32,000 nucleotides of DNA from an uncultured Actinomycetes bacterium (lineage in GTDB: Bacteria > Actinomycetota > Actinomycetes > S36-B12 > CAIYMF01). The position numbers and the translations under genes were made by a program. Of the stretch, positions 9,649 to 17,922 are shown piece by piece. The stretch lies in the NCBI GenBank assembly GCA_963843975.1, contig CAWJMG010000003.1, positions 2,550,001 to 2,582,000 of the forward strand, in the 5' to 3' direction. Positions within the stretch are counted from its first letter, which is position 1; every line of letters starts with the position of its first letter. The notes below the pieces were generated by a model that saw only the letters and a program-made list of their open reading frames with translations, made no database searches and had not been told where the DNA came from.

Positions 9649-11029
9649 GGGCCGTGTGCACGAGCGAGGGGGCCCCGAGGGGGGCGCACCGGCCGCTGAG
9701 GGGGGTTCGGGGCGTGGTCGCATCTGGCCGCTCGACCTGTGGCAGTGGCTGGTCGTCGGCTCGTTCCTGGCGAGCCTGGTCCGGTCATCGGTTCCCCTGG
9801 CGCCGTACCCGCGGGCCGTGTCGGGTCTGCTCGTCGTCCAAGCCGCCCTGCTCGCCCTTGCCGTGCTCGCCGCCTGGCGCGGGCGAGGGAGCATCGCCTT
9901 CCGCCCGCCCACGCCGGTCCTCGTGCTCGCAGCCTTCGGTGTGTTCGCTCTCGTGTCCGCGCTCTGGAGCATCCGACCCTCGGTATCGGTCGCCCAGGCG
10001 GCAGCCGTGCTGTACATCGCCGCGTTCTTCGCCGCCACGTGGACGTGGCGCTGGCGGGAGGCCGGTTCCGCCTCCCGCGACGTCGACGTGGCCTTCTGGG
10101 CCGTCGTCGCGGTGACCGTCCTCGGACTCGCGCTCGCCACGCTGCGCGTCTCCTGGGTGATCGGCGACTACTACCGCTTCATCGGGCTGACGAGCAACGC
10201 CAACTACGCGGGCATGATCGCGGGGATGATGGTTCCAGTCGGCTACTGGCACGTCGTACGCGACCGGCTCTCGGCCCGCTCCTCATGGGCTATCGCGACG
10301 GCTGTTCTCTGCCTCTCCATCGCCCTCAGCGGATCCCGCGGAGCGGCGGTTGCCACGGCAGTCGCCGTGGTCCTGGTCCACGTCCTCGCGCGCAGCGGCT
10401 GGCGGCAGCTCCTCGCCCTGGTCCTCACCACCGTCGGCGCCTACGTGGTGTTCCGCCTCCTGTTCGTCCTCGGTGGCTTCCTCGCAAGCCTCACCGCCTC
10501 GACGGGGTTCCTCCCAGGTGGCGGGTCAGGAGGCCAGGGCGGCGGGATCCCCGACTCCCTCGGTCGTGTCGGGGAGACTGCCACCGACATCACCTCGGGA
10601 AGGCTCGACATCTACCGCATCCTGGGTGGGGCCTGGCTCGAGCAGCCCTGGGGCGGTTGGGGGTACGGGACCACGCAGCACCTGGGAAGCACACAGGGCC
10701 TCTCCGCCCACAACATCTTCCTTCTGGTGCTCGTCGAGCTCGGCGTGGTCGGTCTCGGCCTGTTCCTCTGGTGCCTGGGATCGATCGCACGGACCGGTCG
10801 GATTCACGCTGCCCCAGGGCTCGCAGTCGCCGGTGTGACGGTCGTGCTCATGGAGCTCACCGAGTCGTCGATCCTCGGTTTCGGCGGTCCCAACGCTTTG
10901 CTGGCCTGGGTCATCCTGTTCGGCTGGGCGGCCGAAGGCCTCGCCTCGCGGCGCGGCCGAGGCCCGGAGACAGCCGGGGCCACCGGAAGTCCGTCGCCGC
11001 AGGCAGTGCCCGACGGAGTGCCAGAATGA
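9641..11029 (+). CDS. O-antigen ligase/polymerase-like membrane protein (Wzy_C domain)
   Basis: Intact 462-aa ORF whose ATG overlaps the GT stop. At least 10 hydrophobic segments. Wzy_C-like SGSRGAAVATAVA and periplasmic-loop WGGWGYG...AHNIFLLVLVELGVVG. Confidence 0.65.
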   Translation: MAEGRVHERGGPEGGAPAAEGGSGRGRIWPLDLWQWLVVGSFLASLVRSSVPLAPYPRAVSGLLVVQAALLALAVLAAWRGRGSIAFRPPTPVLVLAAFGVFALVSALWSIRPSVSVAQAAAVLYIAAFFAATWTWRWREAGSASRDVDVAFWAVVAVTVLGLALATLRVSWVIGDYYRFIGLTSNANYAGMIAGMMVPVGYWHVVRDRLSARSSWAIATAVLCLSIALSGSRGAAVATAVAVVLVHVLARSGWRQLLALVLTTVGAYVVFRLLFVLGGFLASLTASTGFLPGGGSGGQGGGIPDSLGRVGETATDITSGRLDIYRILGGAWLEQPWGGWGYGTTQHLGSTQGLSAHNIFLLVLVELGVVGLGLFLWCLGSIARTGRIHAAPGLAVAGVTVVLMELTESSILGFGGPNALLAWVILFGWAAEGLASRRGRGPETAGATGSPSPQAVPDGVPE

Positions 11030-11084
11030 CCTGCGTCGCCCGGACCGGATGGGACGGGCACAGAGTCGAGGAGCGAGACACGCC

Positions 11085-12194
11085 GTGAAGGTCATGACCG
11101 TGGTCGGAACCCGGCCCGAGATCATCCGGCTCTCGCGCATCATCGCCCGGTTCGAGGACTCGTTCGACCACGTCCTCGTGCACACCGGGCAGAACTGGGA
11201 CTTCCGGCTCAACGGCATCTTCTTCGACGAGCTCGGGCTGCGTGCACCGGACCACGTCTTCGAGCCCGACACCAGCTCGCTGGGCGGGCTGCTCGGCGAC
11301 GTGCTGCGCCACACCGAGGACGTCATCGCGCGCGAGCGCCCAGACGCCTTCGTCATGCTCGGCGACACCAACAGCGGCATCTCAGCGGTGATGGCCAAGC
11401 GCATGCGCATCCCCGTCTACCACCTCGAAGCCGGCAACCGCTGCTTCGACGAGAACGTCCCCGAGGAGATCAACCGGCGGATGTTCGATCACCTCGCCGA
11501 CTTCAACCTCGTCTACACCGAGCACGCCCGCCGCAACCTGCTCTCCGAGGGCCTGCACCCCCGCCGGATCCTGCTCACAGGCTCACCCATGCGTGAGGTG
11601 CTCGAGCACTACCGTCCGCAGATCGATGCCTCCGACGTGCTGGCCCGCACCGGCCTGACCCCCGAGGGCTACGTCCTCGTGAGCGCCCACCGCGAGGAGA
11701 ACGTCGACAAGCCGGCGAGGCTGCGCGCGCTGCTCGACTGCCTTGTCGCCGTACGGGACCGATTCGGGCTGCCGGTCCTGGTCTCCACCCACCCGCGCAC
11801 GCGCAACCGGCTGGCCGAGCTCGACACGGCGACGGACCTGGAGGGCATCACCTTCGCCGAGCCGTTCGGGTTCCACGACTACAACCACCTGCAGATGAAC
11901 GCGTTCGCGGTGCTGTCCGACAGCGGCACCATCGCCGAGGAGTCCTCGCTCCTGCGCTTCCCCGCCATCACGCTGCGGTCCTCCATCGAGCGGCCCGAGG
12001 CGCTCGACACCGGATCGATCATCATGACCGACCTGCGGCCCGAGAGCGTCGTGGACGGCATCGTCGCTGCGCGGACCGACGGCGCGCTCACCGCGGTGCC
12101 GCGCGACTACGAGATCGACGACTGCAGCATCCGGGTGCGCAACTTCATCCTGTCGACGGCCCGGGAGAACGCGCGGTGGTCGGGCCTGCTGTGA
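11085..12194 (+). CDS. fnlC: Non-hydrolysing UDP-N-acetylglucosamine 2-epimerase (FnlC/CapG/WbjD, WecB family)
   Basis: VKVMTVVGTRPEIIRL, VHTGQNWD, HLEAGNRCFDENVPEEINRR, LSDSGTIAEES. GTG at 11085 is preceded by GAGGAGCGAG. The ORF track starts at 11049, but that N-terminal extension looks non-coding. Confidence 0.85.
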   Translation: MKVMTVVGTRPEIIRLSRIIARFEDSFDHVLVHTGQNWDFRLNGIFFDELGLRAPDHVFEPDTSSLGGLLGDVLRHTEDVIARERPDAFVMLGDTNSGISAVMAKRMRIPVYHLEAGNRCFDENVPEEINRRMFDHLADFNLVYTEHARRNLLSEGLHPRRILLTGSPMREVLEHYRPQIDASDVLARTGLTPEGYVLVSAHREENVDKPARLRALLDCLVAVRDRFGLPVLVSTHPRTRNRLAELDTATDLEGITFAEPFGFHDYNHLQMNAFAVLSDSGTIAEESSLLRFPAITLRSSIERPEALDTGSIIMTDLRPESVVDGIVAARTDGALTAVPRDYEIDDCSIRVRNFILSTARENARWSGLL

Positions 12195-12281
12195 CGATGG
12201 GCTCAGGCCCGCGATGAAACCAGTCGGGGCGCCCATACGTCCTCTCACAGGACGACCAGCACCGCACCACCGCCTTCCACG

Positions 12282-14229
12282 ATGACGGGTGACATGAGCA
12301 CCGAGCAGGATCCGAGCGCCGTCGCGCCGTCCCCTGCACGTATGCGGGTGACCCGGCGCGGCCTGCTCCTCGCAGGTCTGGTGCTGCTGGCCACCCTGAT
12401 CCTGGCGCCGCTCGTGTCGATCCTGGTCGTCAAGGTGTCTGCCTCGGCGGCGCAGGACCGGCTGGCGTCCGCCCAGGAGGCTCTGACCTCGGGTGACCTC
12501 GGCGGTGCGCAGGAGGCTGTGGCCTCGGCGCAGCGGGACGTCTTCGTGCTCGGGGCCGCCGCCGGCTCGGGCCCCATGCGCCTGCTCGGGGCCCTGCCTC
12601 CGACCTCCGACGCGGTCACCGACCTCGACCACATGGTCGTCGCCATCCAGCACATCACCGCCGCCAGCGCCTCAGCCGTCGGTGCCTACACCGCGGCGAG
12701 CGGCGACGAGCCCGGCACCCCGGCGCTCTTCGCCGACGGCCGCGTGGCCGTCGACCAGCTGCCCGGGTTCTCCCGCACCGTCGACTCGGTCGATGCCGAC
12801 CTCGCGGCCGCTGTGGCGGCGCTCGACCAGGTGCGCCCTGAGCCCGAGGGCCTCGAGTCGATCGTCAACGCCCGGAACGACGCCGTCGACCAGCTCGCCC
12901 CCCTGCAGGACACGGTCACCCGCGTCCGGGCACTGATCCCGCTGCTGCCCGGGGCCCTCGGCGACACCACGCCGCGCCGCTACCTCGTCACCATGCTCAA
13001 CGAGGGCGAAGCTTCGGGCCAGCGGCGGCGCGCCCTTGGCCGTGGCCGTGATCGAGTTCCGCGACGGTGCCTTCAGCATCCCCTTCAAGGGCGCGGTCGC
13101 CCAGATCCCGTGGCCCGGCGTGGGCACCCGCAACGGCGTGCTCCGGTGGAAGGGCGCGCCGGCGAGCCCGTGGAACTGGGACGGCGGCGACCGCGTGGAC
13201 CGGTTCGCCAACTCCAACTTCCACCTCGACTTCCGTTCGGCCGGCTACGACATGGCCGGCGCCTGGGAGGCGGGCAACTACGGCAAGGTCGACGGCGTCG
13301 TCGCCCTCGACGTCACCTCGCTCGCGGCCATCCTCCGCGCGACCGGGCCGATCCCGGAGAGTCCGTACGGCGAGCTCACTGCGGACAACATCGGGCAGAA
13401 GCTGCTCATCGACGCCTATCGGCAGTACGCCGACGACCAGGTCGCCCGCCAGACGGCGAACCAGATCATCGTGTCGGCCGTCTTCGAGCGCCTCACCCAG
13501 GCCGGGACCGCGCTGCAGGTCGCGACCGCGCTGGCCGATGTGGCGCCGGGTCGGCACGTCCAGATGTGGATGCGCGATCCCGCCCTCGCACAGCAGGTCC
13601 ACGAGCTCGGCCTCGACGGCTCGCTCAGCTCGACCGCGGTCGACCACGCGGGTCTCTACGCCCAGAACGGCAACAGCAGCAAGGCCGACATCTTCCAGAA
13701 CCGGCGCCTCACGGTCGACGCCACCCTCGCCGCCGACGGCTCGGCCGAGGTGACCCAGACCTGGCACGTCGTGCAGGCCGTGCCCAACGAGCTGCTCGGC
13801 CCAGACAAGACCGGCTATCTCTCGAGCTGGCTGGACGGCAGCTGGTTCCTGCTGCGACCGTCAGGCGCGACCGGCACGCGCGTGACCCGGCCGGACGGAT
13901 GGACGCTGGGACGCTGGCCCGACGGCGGCACGTGGGTGGACGACGGCTACGGCCAGCAGGTGCAGCGCCTCGAGGGTGCGATCGCACCCACGCAGGGTGT
14001 CGAGCTCATGGTGCGCTACCGCCTGCCGGCAGGCACGTTCTCCGGCGCGGACGGTGCCCTGCGGTACCAGCTCACCGTCGAGCCGCAGGCCATCTACGGG
14101 CCTGCCCAGGCCGAGGTGACCGTGCGCGGCCCCGGAGGCGAGGCCGTCACGCAGACCCAGGACCTGGACCGCCAGATCACCTTCTCGATCGACGTCCGCC
14201 AACCGGTCGGCGCTGCGACGACATCCTGA
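12282..14229 (+). pseudogene. DUF4012-domain membrane-anchored protein, interrupted by a +1 frameshift at 13008-13014
   Basis: N-terminal TM segment (LLLAGLVLLATLILAPLVSILVV) and coiled region are in ORF 12282 up to PRRYLVTMLNEGE. It then continues as LRASGGAPLAVAVIEFRDGAF... in the frame of ORF 13036. Length is 1948 nt, which is 3n+1. Confidence 0.7.
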
Positions 14230-14269
14230 CGACGCCTACGATGGATGCACCACAGATGGGGGAACCTGT

Positions 14270-15631
14270 ATGACCCGCGCGACCGCTACTGCCCGCCCGC
14301 GGCACCGCCGCACCAGTCTCGTCGGCGCGGCAGCGCTGGCCACCGCGGCACTGACCCTGCAGGTCACGGGCGCACTAGCCCCCGCTGAGGCAGCCTCAAG
14401 CGGGGTGCAGGTGCCGGGAGCGTTCTTCGGGATGCACGCGGCCCGCGTCGACGGCACCCTCGATGCCGACCAGAAGGCGGGCCTGGCCAAGTCCTCCGGC
14501 ATCGGTTCGATCGAGCTCCTGTCCAACGGGTCGGAGTGGGCGACGGTGGAGCCCGTGGAGGGCGCACCCACCTACACCGTCTTCGACCAGGCGATCGCAA
14601 ACGCGACAGCGGGTGGTGTGAAGGACATCAACGTCGTGCTCACGGGCACGCCGCAGTGGGCGGCAGCGAACGCACCGCGCGCCGGCGAGCCGTCCCCCGG
14701 CTACTCCTCCCCGCCCGCCGCAACTGCGAAGTGGTCGGCGTACGTCGCGGGCATCGTGAACCACTGCGTCAGCGTGCCCGCGTGCAAGGCGAACGTGAAG
14801 TCGTTCCAGGTCTGGTCCGAGGCCAACCTGCCGAGCCGCTGGAACGGCACGGGCGACCAGCTCGCCGCCCTCACGAAGCTAGCGCAGCTGAAGATCGCCG
14901 CGGCGAACACCGCCAACGGCACGAAGTTCAAGGTGATCGCGGCCAGCACCACCCTGCGCCTGCAGGGGCTCGGGGCCGGGACGTTCTACTCCAACTACCT
15001 CAAGGGCCTCAAGGCCCGCGGGTGGCCGGTCGACGTGTTCGCGTTCCACGGCTACCCCAAGGCGAGCGGCACCCCCGTCAACCGGCAGAGCCTCATCGCC
15101 TACTACAAGAACATCCTCAAGGCGGCGGGCGCCCCGACCAAGCCGCTCTGGGACGGCGAGGTCAACTACGGCGTGCCCGGCCCGGGCACCGACCCGTACC
15201 GCGCCCTCGACAACGCGACCGGCGCCGGCTACATCGCTCGCACCTACCTCGACAGCCTGCGTCTCGGCATCGCGAGGGTGTACGTCAGCGCCTGGCAGCC
15301 CGACGACGGTCCCGGCTACGGCGTGACGTTCTACCCGACCAAGCCCGGGGCCACGGCGCTGAAGACGACCTACGGCTGGCTCGCGGGCAAGTGGTACCGC
15401 GGCTGCACGACGAGCACGACCAGCGTCGGCAAGCTCGTCACGTGCAAGGTCTCGGTGACGATGTCGCCGGGCAGCTCGTCGGCGACCATCGCCTACAGCG
15501 AGGGCGGCCTCCGCAAGGTCACCGTGCCCGCCAACGGCAAGCGCAAGTGCACCCTGCTCAACGGCTGCACCACCGCCAAGCCGGGCACCTCCGTCTACGT
15601 CGGCCAGTCCCCGGTCTGGTTCGGCCCCTGA
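14270..15631 (+). CDS. Secreted (Tat-type signal) TIM-barrel clan GH-A-like glycoside hydrolase
   Basis: N-terminus RPRHRRTSLVGAAALATAALTL...APAEA is a twin-arginine-like signal. FQVWSEANL resembles the WNEPN acid/base motif, and WDGEVNYG is a candidate nucleophile strand. Intact 453-aa ORF. Confidence 0.5.
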   Translation: MTRATATARPRHRRTSLVGAAALATAALTLQVTGALAPAEAASSGVQVPGAFFGMHAARVDGTLDADQKAGLAKSSGIGSIELLSNGSEWATVEPVEGAPTYTVFDQAIANATAGGVKDINVVLTGTPQWAAANAPRAGEPSPGYSSPPAATAKWSAYVAGIVNHCVSVPACKANVKSFQVWSEANLPSRWNGTGDQLAALTKLAQLKIAAANTANGTKFKVIAASTTLRLQGLGAGTFYSNYLKGLKARGWPVDVFAFHGYPKASGTPVNRQSLIAYYKNILKAAGAPTKPLWDGEVNYGVPGPGTDPYRALDNATGAGYIARTYLDSLRLGIARVYVSAWQPDDGPGYGVTFYPTKPGATALKTTYGWLAGKWYRGCTTSTTSVGKLVTCKVSVTMSPGSSSATIAYSEGGLRKVTVPANGKRKCTLLNGCTTAKPGTSVYVGQSPVWFGP

Positions 15632-15634
15632 CGA

Positions 15635-15680
15635 TTCGGTGGTGAGGATCCGCAGCAGAGTGCGGATCCTCACTACCGAA
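15635..15680. terminator. Bidirectional intrinsic-terminator-like hairpin between convergent genes
   Basis: TTCGGTGGTGAGGATCCGCA (15635-15654), loop GCAGAG, TGCGGATCCTCACTACCGAA (15661-15680). This is a 20-bp stem with one G-U position. It lies 4 nt after the plus-strand stop and 7 nt after the minus-strand stop. Confidence 0.7.
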
Positions 15681-15686
15681 CCGGAG

Positions 15687-16496
15687 TCAGTCGGTGAGGG
15701 TGCCGGCTCGGTCGGCGGCGCGGACGAGCGCGGCCTGACGCAGAGCGGTCCAGAGCAGCACGCGGTCGTGGCCGTGGCCGTCGTCGTCCTCCGGGTGCCA
15801 CTGCACACCGATGGCCCACGCGGTCGGGTGCTCGACGCCCTCGACGACGCCGTCGTCGGCGACGGCCGCGAGCCGAAGCTCTGGCGCGACGTCGCCGACC
15901 GCCTGGTGATGGCCTGAGCGCACGATCCACTCGCGCTGGCCGAGGATCGCAGCGAGGCGCGTGCCCTCCTGCACCGTCACGTGCTCGTCGATGAAGAGCC
16001 CCGACGCGTAGTCGCCCTTGTGCAGGTGCCACGGGTCGAGGTCGGGCACGAGCGATCCGCCGAAGGCCAGGTTGAGCAGCTGCGAGCCGCGGCACACGGC
16101 GAGCACCGGCAGGTCGGCCTCGACCGCGGCGCGGATCGCGTCCATCGAGAAGAGGTCGGCCTCGGGGTCGACGCCGTACTCGTTCGGCACCGGCCCGGGG
16201 ACGCCGTACAGCTCCGAGTCGACGTCGCCGCCGCCCAGCACGAGCAGCGCATCGGCGTCGAGCACCTCGTGCGGCGGGGGCAACGGGGCCGAGGTGTCGA
16301 CGAGCCGCCAGTCGAAGCCGAGCTCGGCCAGCTCCTCGAGCGCCACGCGGGTGAAGCGCCGCACGAGGTCGGCGACGTGGTCGTTCATGTCCGGGAAGTT
16401 CAGCGACACCAGGACGTTCACGCGCGGCCCCGTGCGAGGGCCGGCGTACGACGGGGCGACCTCGGACTCGAGGACGACCGGGCTGCTGGAGCTCAT
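15687..16496 (-). CDS. Class I glutamine-amidotransferase-fold gamma-glutamyl hydrolase (peptidase C26, PuuD-like), copy 1
   Basis: 269-aa ORF. LAVCRGSQLLNLAFGG (nucleophile Cys) and GVQWHPE (His/Glu). The ATG overlaps the upstream stop (ATGA). Confidence 0.8.
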   Translation of the reverse strand: MSSSSPVVLESEVAPSYAGPRTGPRVNVLVSLNFPDMNDHVADLVRRFTRVALEELAELGFDWRLVDTSAPLPPPHEVLDADALLVLGGGDVDSELYGVPGPVPNEYGVDPEADLFSMDAIRAAVEADLPVLAVCRGSQLLNLAFGGSLVPDLDPWHLHKGDYASGLFIDEHVTVQEGTRLAAILGQREWIVRSGHHQAVGDVAPELRLAAVADDGVVEGVEHPTAWAIGVQWHPEDDDGHGHDRVLLWTALRQAALVRAADRAGTLTD

Positions 16497-17215
16497 GCGC
16501 TGGCACGTGCCTTTCCGGTGCGGGCGCGCGCGTCGTCGACGAGCGCGTCGAACAGGGCCTGCTGACGGTGTGCCAAGTGGGCGTCGTCCTCAGGATGCCA
16601 CTGCACCGCCAGGACGGGTGCATGCGCATGGGCGAGCGCCTCGACGCACCCGTCGTCGGCGCGGCCAGTCACGCGCAGCCCGAGGCCGAGCCGGTCGACC
16701 GCCTGGTGGTGGTACGACGACACGCTCACGCGGTCGGCGCCGATGACCTCGGCGATGCGCGCACCCGGCTCGAACGTGACGTCGTGGAAGGCGTTGCGGT
16801 GCAGTCCCTCCGGGTCGTCCAGGTGCTGCACGAGCGTGCCGCCGAGTGCCACGTTCAGCGCCTGCATCCCGCGGCAGATCGCGAGAGTCGGCACGCCCAG
16901 CTCCACGACGGCGCGCAGCACGGCGAGATCAGCCGCGTCCTGCACGGCGTCCGGCTCGTCCGTGCTGTCGTGGCGTTCGTCGTCGCCGTACGCCGACGGG
17001 TCGAGGTCTCGACCGCCCGGCACGAGCACTCCGTCGAACGCGCCGATCCGCCCGACGACCTCGCGCGGGTCGTCCGGCGCGAGCAGCAACGGCTCGCCAC
17101 CCGCGCGCAGCACGCATTCGGCGATGCGCTCGGCCATCACCAGCCCCGAGCGACGGAGGCCGTCGACGCGGGGCGAGCGCAGGGCAGGCACGGCGATGAG
17201 CGGACGTCCCCTCAC
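16493..17215 (-). CDS. Class I glutamine-amidotransferase-fold gamma-glutamyl hydrolase (peptidase C26, PuuD-like), copy 2
   Basis: VRGRPLIAVPA...LAICRGMQALNVALGG...AVQWHPE. GTG at 17215 overlaps the upstream stop (GTGA). The 541-aa ORF in the track is an artefactual upstream extension. Confidence 0.75.
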   Translation of the reverse strand: MRGRPLIAVPALRSPRVDGLRRSGLVMAERIAECVLRAGGEPLLLAPDDPREVVGRIGAFDGVLVPGGRDLDPSAYGDDERHDSTDEPDAVQDAADLAVLRAVVELGVPTLAICRGMQALNVALGGTLVQHLDDPEGLHRNAFHDVTFEPGARIAEVIGADRVSVSSYHHQAVDRLGLGLRVTGRADDGCVEALAHAHAPVLAVQWHPEDDAHLAHRQQALFDALVDDARARTGKARASA

Positions 17216-17922
17216 GCGGCGCCTTGGCCGAAGGGGTACTCCAGCGACGGGAGCCACTGCTGCCAGACCTCGGCGTGCCGTCCGTCCGCGATGACGGTCG
17301 CGAGGGCGGCGTCGATCTCGTCGCGCAGCTCCGGCCGGTCCTTCGCGACGCCGACGCCCCACCGGTTTCCGGTGCGCACGGTGAACGCGAGGGAGAACCG
17401 CGGGTCGTCGTCGAGCGGCACGAACACCAGGTCGTCGTCCACGACACCGTCGACCTCGCCGCGCTCGAGCGCACCGAGCATGTCGCCGAACACGTCGCCG
17501 CTCTCCCCGCCGAAGGCGACCGTGACCGCGCCCGGGAACGTCTCGGCGAGCGCCATGTTGGTGCTCCCCGTGATGGCACCGATGCGCAGACCGGCGCAGT
17601 CCTCCGGCGACCGGATCGCGCTGCCGGCACGGACGAGCAGGCCCTCGTGGAAGACGCCGTACGGACGGGTGAAGTCCACCAGCTCCTGACGCGAGGGGAT
17701 GATGCTCTGCCCGCACCAGACGGCGTCGGCCTCGTGCCGCTGGACCGACGGGATCATGTCGTTCCACGGCACCATCGCCCACTCGACCGTGCGGCCCATC
17801 ACCGAGGCGACCAGCGCGGCCACCGCGGGCTCGTAGCCGTCGCGGACGATGCCGTCCGGGCTCTTGGTGAACAGCGGCGGCGCGTCGGCGTCGAGGCACG
17901 CGAGCCGGAGCACGGCGCTCAC
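17212..17922 (-). CDS. Family-3 solute-binding-protein-fold (PBPb) protein with no signal peptide or lipobox
   Basis: VSAVLRLACLDADAPPLFTK...WNDMIPSVQ...LRIGAITGSTNMALAE...VDGVVDDD. GTG at 17922 overlaps the GS-like stop (GTGA). There is no hydrophobic N-terminal segment. Confidence 0.65.
   Translation of the reverse strand: MSAVLRLACLDADAPPLFTKSPDGIVRDGYEPAVAALVASVMGRTVEWAMVPWNDMIPSVQRHEADAVWCGQSIIPSRQELVDFTRPYGVFHEGLLVRAGSAIRSPEDCAGLRIGAITGSTNMALAETFPGAVTVAFGGESGDVFGDMLGALERGEVDGVVDDDLVFVPLDDDPRFSLAFTVRTGNRWGVGVAKDRPELRDEIDAALATVIADGRHAEVWQQWLPSLEYPFGQGAA

Noticed and set aside
12195-12281. A weak inverted repeat (ATGGGC...GCCCAT) after fnlC, considered as a possible terminator.
   Set aside because: The arms are short (6 bp), separated by about 26 nt and poorly paired internally. 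This is not convincing as an intrinsic terminator.
917-13020. Programmed +1 ribosomal frameshifting at GAAGCTTCG. This is prfB-like: CUU followed by the rare Arg codon CGA.
   Set aside because: Sites 1 and 2 are in the same phase (AAG CTT CGA), but site 3 is read GAA GCT TCG. A single slippery-codon mechanism therefore cannot explain all three. There is also no upstream Shine-Dalgarno-like stimulator, and five other frameshifts in the window have different contexts. I kept it only as a minor alternative.
917-13020. HindIII linker or cloning scar as the origin of the AAGCTT sites.
   Set aside because: Only one extra nucleotide is present at each site. No linker-length insertion or vector-derived sequence is present, and the flanking sequence is continuous native coding sequence.
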